Virus record (IMG/VR): IMGVR_UViG_3300020577_009322
Span: 1 to 64,000 of that record
Direction: 5' to 3' (one strand)
Origin: a virus
Lineage: Duplodnaviria; Caudoviricetes
DNA: 64,000 bases
Both the position numbers and the translations under genes were made by a program. Below the pieces are notes generated by a model. That model ran no database searches. It saw only the letters and a list, made by a program, of their open reading frames with translations, and was not told where the DNA came from. Numbering within the stretch: the stretch's first letter is position 1; each line of letters starts with the position of its first letter. Shown here piece after piece: positions 48,531 to 58,028 of this stretch.

Positions 48531-49937
48531 CTATTGAAATTCTGTCTTAACAACGGTATTTAGAAGTGTTGATACCTGTTTAGCCATATCATCAAGATTA
48601 GTTACTATAGTATGGTAGGTATATATCTCTTTCACTTGACCCAATTCTACACCTACACCAACAGTAACAAAGCCATCCCTTTTACATTTTTCAATAGTCT
48701 GCTTCATTTCCATAACAGCTGAACGACCACCATATCCTGAGGCACAGGGTAAACCATCTGAAATAACGATAAAGATAATATTATCGTCAGTAAAAGAACG
48801 AACCTTATCGTAAATGGCTTCAATAACAGGTCCGTCATAGTTTCCACTCCAGAAAGCATTCCTCTGCCATCCGATGGCTCTCTCAAAAATATGGTTGTAC
48901 TTATCATTGTAGATATTTATATGTGGCATGCCAGCATCATCTGTAGAATGACCATATACAAAAATCTTATCTGCAGGAAGGATGGATGATAGACATTTCC
49001 ATAATATCTTCATAATGGAATGCTGACTATCTGCTTTAGTAGAATGGTATTTTCCATCTATTCCTCCCATACTACCACTTTCGTCCATCAAGATACATAC
49101 GGAGAAAGGTTTGGTTGTCTGATTCTCTTGTTCATTATAATAGACATGAAAATTACCAGCTTTAACTTCTGCTAACTTTCTACTATCTAACTTTCCTGTC
49201 TTCAGACCATTTACTCTATCATGTTGCGGATCAAAAGATATATCAAGTAAGTTTACCAAGTGTCCTGCATATAGATTTTCTAATTCATTATACTTACAAG
49301 GTGCTCCCTTCGAAGGTACAACTCTCCATCTTACCTTATCCTTCATTTCACAAATAGATCCTTCTACATCTAACCATTTCGTTCTTCTCGGAATAACTTT
49401 CTCGATAAGTTCTCTGGCATTGTCTAGAGCAGCTTCAATACTCATTTCACCACTATCTCCTTCATCCTCACCACCCCCTTCTCCCCTACTATCCTCCTGA
49501 CCCTCACCTTCATCTCCTTCTTCTCCCTTACCTTCTCCATTTTCCTTTCCATCGTTCATTGGAAAAAGGAACTCACTTTTCTCGATTATACTCCGATAGT
49601 GAGTAAATAAATTCCCCAACTCAGTATCTTTAGCTACACTATCTAACACATTCTTTTTTGCTGTTTCAGATACAGAGAGAAACTTTTCCTCCTGACCAGA
49701 AAATGGATTTTTCCTTTCTATTGAGGTAGCTTTATCTAGAAAGTGATCTATTAACTTATTCTCTTTTATTTTGAGAAGAAATATATCAAGCAACTTGTTA
49801 GCAGAATATCCACTCAACTCTATACTTTTAGGTAATTCCCTCTCAATATCAAAGGGTACTTTAACTTCAGGATAGTCGAGTAAAACTTTATGATAACCAC
49901 CAAAGTAAGAAGATTCCCATTTAGTTGATGATTCCAT
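48531..49937 (-). CDS. VWA domain protein (CobT/CbbO-like)
   Basis: Acidic Gly/Glu linker, TGKLD, LMDESGSM, NYDG, ISDG.P. Confidence 0.88.
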   Translation of the reverse strand: MESSTKWESSYFGGYHKVLLDYPEVKVPFDIERELPKSIELSGYSANKLLDIFLLKIKENKLIDHFLDKATSIERKNPFSGQEEKFLSVSETAKKNVLDSVAKDTELGNLFTHYRSIIEKSEFLFPMNDGKENGEGKGEEGDEGEGQEDSRGEGGGEDEGDSGEMSIEAALDNARELIEKVIPRRTKWLDVEGSICEMKDKVRWRVVPSKGAPCKYNELENLYAGHLVNLLDISFDPQHDRVNGLKTGKLDSRKLAEVKAGNFHVYYNEQENQTTKPFSVCILMDESGSMGGIDGKYHSTKADSQHSIMKILWKCLSSILPADKIFVYGHSTDDAGMPHINIYNDKYNHIFERAIGWQRNAFWSGNYDGPVIEAIYDKVRSFTDDNIIFIVISDGLPCASGYGGRSAVMEMKQTIEKCKRDGFVTVGVGVELGQVKEIYTYHTIVTNLDDMAKQVSTLLNTVVKTEFQ

Positions 49938-52202
49938 TATTTTATCTTTGTTTGTCCTAAAATAGCCTCAATAGACTTTAATCCTTCCTTACTTCCAATT
50001 CCTTTACAGATAGTAAAGAATGAGTCATATATGGTAAAACCATCCCTAACCAATTCTGCTACTAGCTTTAAGTGCCTGATAGACAAATTAAAGGAGATAG
50101 TATACTTATCATGAGCAGTATTTATGTCCTCATAACACTTAACAATTCTGTCAATATCTTTAGGAGATACTGTTGGAGTATGGTAAGTTAATACTTCTTT
50201 AACTTGATTGGTTGTTAGTGGATCAATCTCAATAAGCATGAACCTATCTAATAAGGCTCTATCCAATTTATGTGTACCTGTATACTGACTACCCAAGTTA
50301 GCAGTAGAGATAAATACACATTCAGGATGTACCTTAATTGGCTCACAATCATCAAAACAGTATTCCATTGACAGTTCTTTCCTGAAATCCGTACATGGGA
50401 ATAGGAGGTTATTTGCGGCTGCTGGAGCCATATTGTTATCGTATCGACTCTTTATTCGATACTTCTGTATCTTTATCTATACATACAGTTCAGACTATAT
50501 CATCATGATTTCTCATGTCGGATGTTCGTGGATATATTATATTCTCTTTCGAGTTTCAATATCTAGTCGTTGAACTCGCACTAACCATTTAGATTAGTGA
50601 TAAGCTGCTGATTACCCTCTTCACTAAGGGCTTTCCAGCAATTTATCCGATTTTTTACAAGACGCTACTCCATATAGGAAAACGTGTATTTTTTCCGCAA
50701 AGTTTTACCCTTACCTAAGCAAATTGAAGAAATAGAAGCACAAGTAGAATCAAAGTTGTCATTTGACAGAGATCTGGCTGCTTCTGCTATATTTGCAAAT
50801 ATAGATTTTTTACCAGTTGATAATTCTGTCATGATAACTGACCTCCACTTCCACTTAGAGCGTTCTATCCCATAAGAATAGTTAGGAACTTCTATATAAC
50901 TCCAATAATAACCACCCGCACTAAAAATTTTACCTCTGGCACAAGCAGATATCATGTTATTACATACTTTTGTTTTTCTACCTGCCTCTCTGGTTGAAGG
51001 AAAATTAGCTAATAATCTACCATCTAAAGTATATTGATAAACTTCCTTACTAGTAGATGTGCAATTATTTTGAGTAGTTGGATCCAACTCACAATTAAGT
51101 GTTGGACCTAATAGATCTATCCATTTCTTCTCTATCTTTCTAACTTCAGAAGAATCTTCGGTCTCCAGGATTTCTAGTACTGAGAAATACATATAATCTT
51201 CTCCATATTTATTGAAGATATTCTGCATTCTTGGATTATCCGATTTCCCACCTCTCAACTTTTGCTTGTGTTCAGCTAATCTCTTCTTAATATTTATCGA
51301 ACTACCTACGTAATTCTGCTCCTTTGCTTTAATATAGTAAATACCCGATTTACTAATTACACGTTTTGATTCATCACTAAATAATTTGTACATTGTTTTT
51401 CTTACAATATACAAATATTTGATGAGATATCCTAATTTAATTTTTAACGACTTATTTCATCTAATAACACAATACCTGGTTTCTGAATAACCTCAGAGAA
51501 ACGACTCCTGATGAACTCGGAGGTGGTATGTCCATCTTTTACCTTAATAGCATGGGTTCCAACTAACGACATAACGGGATCACTCATTGTTCCCATATCG
51601 AAGATAGTTAATGGTAATCCCATTTTCTTTGCCAAATTACTAACCAATTCTGTTTTACCTCATCTTGTTATCGTAAAGATTCTTTATTCTTTACTTCTGC
51701 ATCTTTTTATATTCATGCAGTTCAGACTATATCATCACCATTTCTAGTGTCGGGCACTCGTGGGAGAGATTATTGTTGAGCTCACTCTCCTAGTCGTTGA
51801 ACCTTCTAAACTCCTTTATCTCAAGTTTAGCTTGGCTGCTGATTGGCCGTTTCACTACGGCTATTCCAGCAATTCACCCGATTTATACTGGGCTAGGTAA
51901 ACCTAACTCCTTATCCATCTAGTTAATTTCTTACAATGTACGAAAATTATTGACAAATAGGACTATTAGGCTATATTTATTTTAACACCAGTTGGACCCA
52001 ATAGCATACTATTGACGCCCTTCAATATATTCCTCTCCAGAATCTTATACACACCTACTTGTACCTTAAAGTAGTCATTCAAGGATACATAACCATTTGT
52101 AATCTTCAGATCAGCGGTACTTACTGCAGTTTTAATAGGATCTGTTTTTCTTTTTGCTCTTGGCTTACGTACTTTGGTCACCACTTCTCTTTCTGTTGTC
52201 AT
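49937..52202 (-). CDS. CbbQ/NirQ/CobS-like AAA+ ATPase, spliced from 3 exons (52202-51985, 51660-51447, 50428-49937; ~307 aa)
   Basis: Splicing rebuilds Walker A GPTGVGKT and LLDEISR|APAAANNLLF; STAN, DRALLDRF, SIR.L. Confidence 0.88.
50429..51446 (-). mobile_element. Group I intron just after Walker B
   Basis: AATTGCTGGAAA, AATCAGCAG, GTTCAACGACTA, ATGATATAGTCT; U/G junctions. Confidence 0.9.
50665..51414 (-). CDS. Intron-encoded GIY-YIG homing endonuclease
   Basis: SGIYYI...YVGSS; NUMOD1-type repeats. Confidence 0.9.
   Translation of the reverse strand: MYIVRKTMYKLFSDESKRVISKSGIYYIKAKEQNYVGSSINIKKRLAEHKQKLRGGKSDNPRMQNIFNKYGEDYMYFSVLEILETEDSSEVRKIEKKWIDLLGPTLNCELDPTTQNNCTSTSKEVYQYTLDGRLLANFPSTREAGRKTKVCNNMISACARGKIFSAGGYYWSYIEVPNYSYGIERSKWKWRSVIMTELSTGKKSIFANIAEAARSLSNDNFDSTCASISSICLGKGKTLRKKYTFSYME
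51661..51984 (-). mobile_element. ORF-less group I intron inside Walker A
   Basis: AATTGCTGGAAT, AATCAGCAG, GTTCAACGACTA, ATGATATAGTCT; GT|A junction gives Val. Confidence 0.88.
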
Positions 52203-52295
52203 TTTTGATTTTTTAACATTATTAATGCTTTAGTCACTTTTCACTGATTAATAACAAAATAAACCTGTTATTTAGGTTATTTTACAATTTTGTTA

Positions 52296-52673
52296 CTATG
52301 ATCTGAGTTTTCTTTGATAAGTTAGATTTGATAGAGAAGCCACCTTAGCGAATGGTGTTTCATCAAAGATATATTCATTAAACTCACCTTGGCTCAATTC
52401 TACCTCATCCTTTATCTCCCATTCAAACATCGTTACGAGCTTATCATATTCTTCACTATTATCCACAGGACTTACTAGACTTACAGGAGAGAGTTTAGTA
52501 TCTCCTGTAGCTAACTTAGCTAACCTGTCCTCAAGCTGTTCCTTTGCCTCTAATTTATAGGCTTCCACAGCTTTTGCATACTCTACTTTATGCTTTTCCT
52601 TGTTTTCTTTAATTTTTTTAATCAATTCTTGTTTACTTACCATGATCATTCTGGCATCTTCTCTTTGTCTCAT
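52296..52673 (-). CDS. Conserved phage hypothetical protein
   Basis: I.EN..KH..EY..AV..Y...Y....M....V.L...EF..Y pattern. Confidence 0.6.
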   Translation of the reverse strand: MRQREDARMIMVSKQELIKKIKENKEKHKVEYAKAVEAYKLEAKEQLEDRLAKLATGDTKLSPVSLVSPVDNSEEYDKLVTMFEWEIKDEVELSQGEFNEYIFDETPFAKVASLSNLTYQRKLRS

Positions 52674-52692
52674 ATTTTTTTATTCTTTTAAA

Positions 52693-52881
52693 TTAGTTTG
52701 GATTAACTTCCCTTACAAAATAATAGACATCATCACCAAATGACAATGAGGATATTTTTACACTACAGAGCATCCATCCTGCATTTCCCCTTCTATTAAG
52801 AAATTCTTTTTCTTCAATACTACCTGTACTAAGTCTATTATCTCCAGAGAGTCTTACTGTATCATATTCATATTTCTTCAT
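52693..52881 (-). CDS. DUF4177-like small protein
   Basis: KYEY...FLN..G..GW.L....YYF.R. Confidence 0.6.
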   Translation of the reverse strand: MKKYEYDTVRLSGDNRLSTGSIEEKEFLNRRGNAGWMLCSVKISSLSFGDDVYYFVREVNPN

Positions 52882-52895
52882 ATATCTTACTTTTT

Positions 52896-53393
52896 CTATC
52901 TAATCATCTCGATTAATTCCTCTTTGCTCTTTTCCTTCAGTGTATCAGCTATCTCAGAGATAGTAGATTTCTTTATATCCTGAATCTCACCTTTCAGTTT
53001 TTCCCTTACTAACAAAGTCAATTCGTAAGGAATCTCTTTAGCTGAACTATCTGATGTAATAAAGTTACCAACACTTCCACCAGCAATAATTAGTAAAGCA
53101 TCTTTCTTACTTGGAGTAAAAACATACAATGTCCAGGTAACCAGACAGATAGAAAAGAACCAGAAAAATGTTGTCTTGATCGTTTTCATCCAATATTTGA
53201 ATGATTTCTCATCTTCTTCATCCCTAGTAACAGTATTGTCATTGTATATGGCAAATACTATCCAATATACTATAAAGAAGATTATACTAAAAGTTAGTGT
53301 TACATTAGATACTTTGTCAAAGAAGTTTTTTACACCATCGGCAATGGTCACCCAATAAAAAATACGATACCAACTCATACTTAATAAACTCAT
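52896..53393 (-). CDS. Membrane protein
   Basis: Two TM helices; FTPSKKDALLIIAGG. Confidence 0.7.
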   Translation of the reverse strand: MSLLSMSWYRIFYWVTIADGVKNFFDKVSNVTLTFSIIFFIVYWIVFAIYNDNTVTRDEEDEKSFKYWMKTIKTTFFWFFSICLVTWTLYVFTPSKKDALLIIAGGSVGNFITSDSSAKEIPYELTLLVREKLKGEIQDIKKSTISEIADTLKEKSKEELIEMIR

Positions 53394-53403
53394 AATTTTA
53401 ATT

Positions 53404-54126
53404 TTAATTTTTAAAAATCCATTTAAATCCCCCTGCTGTATTTCTATACTTTCGTTTTAGGCAGCACGCACTTATGTGACAAGAGGGTATATTCAATTTT
53501 TTACTTGCTTCAGTTGCACTCTTCCATTCTTTTATAGGATAGCCATTTATGTCTAACTGTATTATTGATTTTTTACTAGATTTAAAATGTTTCTTTATTG
53601 GCTGTAAATCCTCTAAAATATAGGACCATTGATAACCATAGGCTGTATTATTCTTCTTTTTCTTATTACAACAATTATATATGCAATTAGAAGAATAACT
53701 AAGTTCTCTCTCAATATCTTTTCCACATTCCCATTCTTTTTTAAATTTACCATTTAATTCGTACTGGTAAATCTTTTTAGAAAAAGGACTATTTAAACTT
53801 CTAGGTTTAAGATATCCTAAAAGTCCATCTCCACCTTCTGTTAAATTACAAAGTGTTCCGTAATATGATTTTCTACCATATAATTTTATTAATCGTTTTT
53901 CTTCTTCTTTAACATCATTATAGGAGTTTGATTCATAAATAATTTCTACTTTATATTCAGTTTTAGAGACTATTCTTTTCCACACAATATTTCTTCCTTT
54001 TCTTGTATAAGCTCTATAATATTTAGATTTAATAGTATTATAAGCTCTAGATGATTTAGTACCAATACCAATATAGAATATCTCATTGGTATCTAATCGA
54101 ATATGTTGATATGTATAATGTTTCAT
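53404..54126 (-). CDS. Free-standing GIY-YIG-type homing endonuclease with NUMOD1 repeats
   Basis: YTYQH....EIFYIG, L.NLTEGGDG, repeated IYQY..NG...KEW. Confidence 0.85.
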   Translation of the reverse strand: MKHYTYQHIRLDTNEIFYIGIGTKSSRAYNTIKSKYYRAYTRKGRNIVWKRIVSKTEYKVEIIYESNSYNDVKEEEKRLIKLYGRKSYYGTLCNLTEGGDGLLGYLKPRSLNSPFSKKIYQYELNGKFKKEWECGKDIERELSYSSNCIYNCCNKKKKNNTAYGYQWSYILEDLQPIKKHFKSSKKSIIQLDINGYPIKEWKSATEASKKLNIPSCHISACCLKRKYRNTAGGFKWIFKN

Positions 54127-54464
54127 ACTAACAATATACAAATATTTCTATATTCTACCAAATTTCTAGTAGAAAATTTTGTACCAAATTCCTAAAATAG
54201 TTGTCATTTTTTAAAATTTAAATGTTAAGAAGGGGATAGCAGTATAACTATCCCCTGTTTGGACTCCTCATCCGACTGATTCATACTCCTGTTTAAAGGT
54301 CTGCTCAACTATCAGTATTGTTGAGACTGTTTATACTATCGTTTAGTCATCGTGATCATATCCCGGCTGTACATCGTCTGCAGGAAACCTATCTTTTGGA
54401 GGTTTCTCTTTAACTACTGGATCAGGAATAGGTTTGATATCTTTATCCATTTTTATTTTATTTA

Positions 54465-54824
54465 TTAAAAATATACTTTCTCTAATATTTCGAAATCAGC
54501 ATGACATTTCATTACCCCAAGTAATCTACATATAATATTTCCATAAATTATTGCTATACAGAAGTTGTCTTTTATGAAGATTTTTCCATTATAAAAATAA
54601 CGAGAATGGTAGATAGATTCTTTAACTGACTCAAATATAATCTTGTTTTTGTGAGTAGAAATACTTCCGAAAGTTTCTCCATATCTATATATATGAAAAG
54701 GAATTATAATACTACATTCCTCATAATTGCAATTATTTATAAGTAAAGTAATGCCTAATTCTATCATCTCCAGCTCTCTACTCACTATCATACCAGTTAT
54801 CTTCTCTTCAAACTCTTTAGTCAT
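54465..54824 (-). CDS. Shared-motif protein lying outside the main cluster
   Basis: KITGMIVSRELEMIELGITLL. Confidence 0.6.
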   Translation of the reverse strand: MTKEFEEKITGMIVSRELEMIELGITLLINNCNYEECSIIIPFHIYRYGETFGSISTHKNKIIFESVKESIYHSRYFYNGKIFIKDNFCIAIIYGNIICRLLGVMKCHADFEILEKVYF

Positions 54825-54841
54825 TTTCTTTTTGTTAAAGT

Positions 54842-54870
54842 AAAAAAGCCGGCCCTCTCCAGGGCCGGCT
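54842..54870 (-). terminator. Intrinsic terminator
   Basis: AGCCGGCCCT/AGGGCCGGCT hairpin with U-run. Confidence 0.75.
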
Positions 54871-54971
54871 AACTTTAAATGGCCTAATTACAATTCAATA
54901 TTGAATAATTCTTTTATTTTAGCCTTAGTTGAGGGTGAACCAGAAACTATTAACTTGTGCTGATGATAAAT

Positions 54972-56111
54972 TCATTCGTATTCTTTTCTGTTTAATTTAG
55001 TAATATATGGGAATCTCAGTTTACCTGCAGGCGTATATCCAAAGAACTGGATTGTTGCTTCAGTACCAATATAGGTATCTCTATTGTCCCACACTTCTTT
55101 TAAAAAGGAATGGACCCCTTTAACATTGCTTTTACAGCAATTAATTCTTTTCTTCTTATCATAGGGTTTAGATTTATCCAGAATTACCCAGAATTTACCG
55201 ATAGTTCCAGCTCTGCTACCCTTACCTTCTACATAATCAAAGATCTCAAATTCTTCATCAATAAAGTCTTTGTGTTTAAGTAACTGATCACATCTCTTAT
55301 TCTGGTATTCTGCAGTATCTGTACGAATAATGGTTCCTTCGTAACCTTCTTTTAGGAACTTTTTGTGATACTCTAATACTTCTTTATGACTATGTACTTC
55401 ATAAGTAGGTACCAGCTTAATTGAGGAATTATTCTGGGTAGAAAACCACTTTTTAAGAGCTTCATATCTAACCGAGAATACACCCTTTACTGAAGGATAG
55501 TCATAGGCCCAAAATTCCATTACTTTAGCTTCTTCCTTCTGTTCATCTGTCAGATCTTTACCACTTCTTATAAGAGACACAATCTTATTAAAGTCATCAT
55601 TATATGAGTGGGTATACAACTCTCCATCTAACTGAGTGGTATTTTGGTAGAGATGTGGACAAGAGGTAAAAGGCTTACCGTTTCTACTTGTTAGAGTATT
55701 ATTTTGACTATCTGAACGTAATCCATCTAGCTTGGGTTGAACAAATACTCTATACTTTCCCCATTCTACACCTACTCTTCTTTTTGGTTTAGATACTGAT
55801 ACTTCCCCATATGTCTCTGCAAGCATTGGTTCAAAGTAGTTCTTTTTCTCTGTTAGCACCTCATTATAGCTTTTATCTAGCTTACCTTTATGTTTAGAGG
55901 TGGCTTCAGCTAATGCTTGCTGTTCTGGAGTAGTCTCGTTTTTCTTACCAATATTCTTCCCTATGCAAATAGTTGGTTTACTGGTAGTTAGCTTTCCGTC
56001 CTTTATACCTTCAATAGTATAAAATTTATCTCCATCTACCACTATTTGCCATTGTTGGATGGCACCTTTTGTTGTATACTTATAAAGTATAGGAAATTCT
56101 TTCTTCATCAT
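54972..56111 (-). CDS. lig: ATP-dependent DNA ligase
   Basis: PMLA, QPKLDGLR, LDGELY, YEG.IIR, LLKHK, LRFP. Confidence 0.93.
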   Translation of the reverse strand: MMKKEFPILYKYTTKGAIQQWQIVVDGDKFYTIEGIKDGKLTTSKPTICIGKNIGKKNETTPEQQALAEATSKHKGKLDKSYNEVLTEKKNYFEPMLAETYGEVSVSKPKRRVGVEWGKYRVFVQPKLDGLRSDSQNNTLTSRNGKPFTSCPHLYQNTTQLDGELYTHSYNDDFNKIVSLIRSGKDLTDEQKEEAKVMEFWAYDYPSVKGVFSVRYEALKKWFSTQNNSSIKLVPTYEVHSHKEVLEYHKKFLKEGYEGTIIRTDTAEYQNKRCDQLLKHKDFIDEEFEIFDYVEGKGSRAGTIGKFWVILDKSKPYDKKKRINCCKSNVKGVHSFLKEVWDNRDTYIGTEATIQFFGYTPAGKLRFPYITKLNRKEYE

Positions 56112-56307
56112 AAATATATTTCGTTATAATCACCTTGTTTCAACCCTCTTTCTTCAAGCCATTTAAAACATTCATTTCTTGATTCAGATATAAATGAACT
56201 CCTCTTTCCTGCAGTAACTACATCATACCTAATGGAATGGCTACTAATTAGCCAGTATCTTCCTTCATCTTCATCTAGCCAGATTTCATATCTCATGTTA
56301 GTAATTT

Positions 56308-56340
56308 AAAAAAGGAGATCTCTTTATAGAGACCTCCTTT
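56308..56340 (-). terminator. Intrinsic terminator
   Basis: Hairpin with CTCCTTTTTTAAATT tail. Confidence 0.7.
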
Positions 56341-56538
56341 ACATTATGACGACACCAATAAATTAATCCTTCCATTCCACTGCTGGACATTCATTCTTAA
56401 TTGCCTTAAACAGTACCTCAAATATCCTTCCAACGATGCAATGGCCGGGGCTTTTAATCCTGGCGTTTTCTCAATTACTGAGTAGATGGCGTTTAGCTCC
56501 TCGTTTACACCTTCACTCTCGGCTTTAAAATGCACCTT

Positions 56539-56573
56539 TTTTACACCTTCATTTACACCTTCATTTACACCTT
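56539..56573 (-). repeat. 12-bp tandem repeat AAGGTGTAAATG (GVNE) in a foreign-looking fragment
   Basis: tttacaccttca repeated on the + strand. Confidence 0.7.
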
Positions 56574-57268
56574 TAGTGGCTTTGGTTTTGATAGAAAGGT
56601 CTGGGAAAGCCGGTGGGGATGTGAGAAAGTGCCACTACCCCTAAATATCCCAGATATACCAGTAATAGTACTGTAGCAGTAGCTAACAGTATTAATAATA
56701 TCTTGCCAATAGGCTTGGCGTATTTAACAATCTTATTAATACGGTTTTTCCTGGCTATCATGGCCAACCTCTTCTTTTCTTCTTGCTCTCTTATTCTCTT
56801 CTCTCTTTCTAATCGGTACTTCTCTCTTTCTGTCTTTATTTTCTCAACCATTTCCTGAATCTTCTTAATAAAATCTCTGGATAAATTGTCTCCATACCAT
56901 AAATTCTTGTAATTGTCAGGTAAACACTGTCCTTCATACGTACTCATATACAGTTTCTCTGCAAGATCCTTTTGAACAATTTCATCAGAAGAAACTATTC
57001 TGACGAAGTTCTGTACCTTCTCTCTTTTTGCTACAGCCTTCTTAGTTTGGACATTTCTTATCCCTCTATCAATATAGAGCATAAAGTCTCTTACTCCTTC
57101 TGTTACCTTTCTGATAATAAAGTAAGGAACGAATAAGAAAAAGCTCACTACACATAACCAAAAGAATGGACACATATGAGTAAAATCATAGTAGTGAACA
57201 TTCCACATTCATTGTACCATTCGGGTATACCACCCGCTCTTCCTAAGAGTAAATACGTCTTTTATCAT
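56573..57268 (-). pseudogene. Membrane-protein gene with in-frame TGA at codon 20 and a 3' end replaced by foreign DNA
   Basis: MIKDVFTLRKSGWYTRMVQ*MWNVHYY in one frame. Confidence 0.6.
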
Positions 57269-57562
57269 TTTTAAAGTTGTTTAGTTTGTAATCTTAATTT
57301 AGTTAAGTCTGATCTTTACTTTCTGTTTTGAAATTTCCAATTGGCTTTCATTGCAGCCAGTTTTATCTTTTCTTCTGGTGTCTTTTTGAAGACAGAGAAA
57401 TCAATGGAAAACTTCATTGAATTAATTTCTCTCTGAATGATACTCTTCTGAAGAGAGTATGCCTCACTTTCCATAATTTCTTTAAAGCTTGCTTCTTTTG
57501 CCATTTTTATTTGTTTTTAGAGTTAAAAAATGGTCACCTATAAGGATGGCCAAATCTGGTTG

Positions 57563-57995
57563 TGGAGGTGTTGGGTTACGAACCCAAGTCTTTCCCTGTT
57601 TCAATTTGTAAGTTACATGCATGTAGGTTTTTTATTGAGGTAACTACCCTCTATTCCTTGTGAAGGACAACTCTTTGTAATTTTTCAAGGTGATTTATGA
57701 AGAGATTACCAACTCTTCCTCATAACGGATTTCACATTCCTAGACAAGTGAATTGCTGTCTTATCCAATTTTGAAGTTACGCAGCTACTGCTACGTTAGC
57801 AAAAGCCATATTAATTAGCTTTGCACCCTCTGCTTGATGATCAACTGTGTTGTCATTTAATTGTTTGTATAAATTTGTTGGCTTTCCTTAACTTGTCCCG
57901 CTAGATGGGAGATCTCGGTACTTACTTTAGGCACTATATACTTTGAGCCTGCACGCCTACTCTTATTCACATTGAAATCAATTCAACTCACCCCC
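57563..57995 (-). ncRNA. ssrA: tmRNA
   Basis: 5' GGGGGTG pairs with 3' CACCTCC-A including G3-U70; T arm TTGGG-TTCGTAA-CCCAA; internal tag ORF ending VAVAA*. Confidence 0.9.
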
Positions 57996-58028
57996 ATATT
58001 ATTATGCAATATATATGAAACATTTTTA

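Noticed and set aside
17486-52202. Inteins or simple pseudogenes as the explanation for the split AAA+, VWA and UDG genes
   Set aside because: The inserts contain stop codons and group I RNA core elements, and precise U/G junctions restore the conserved motifs.
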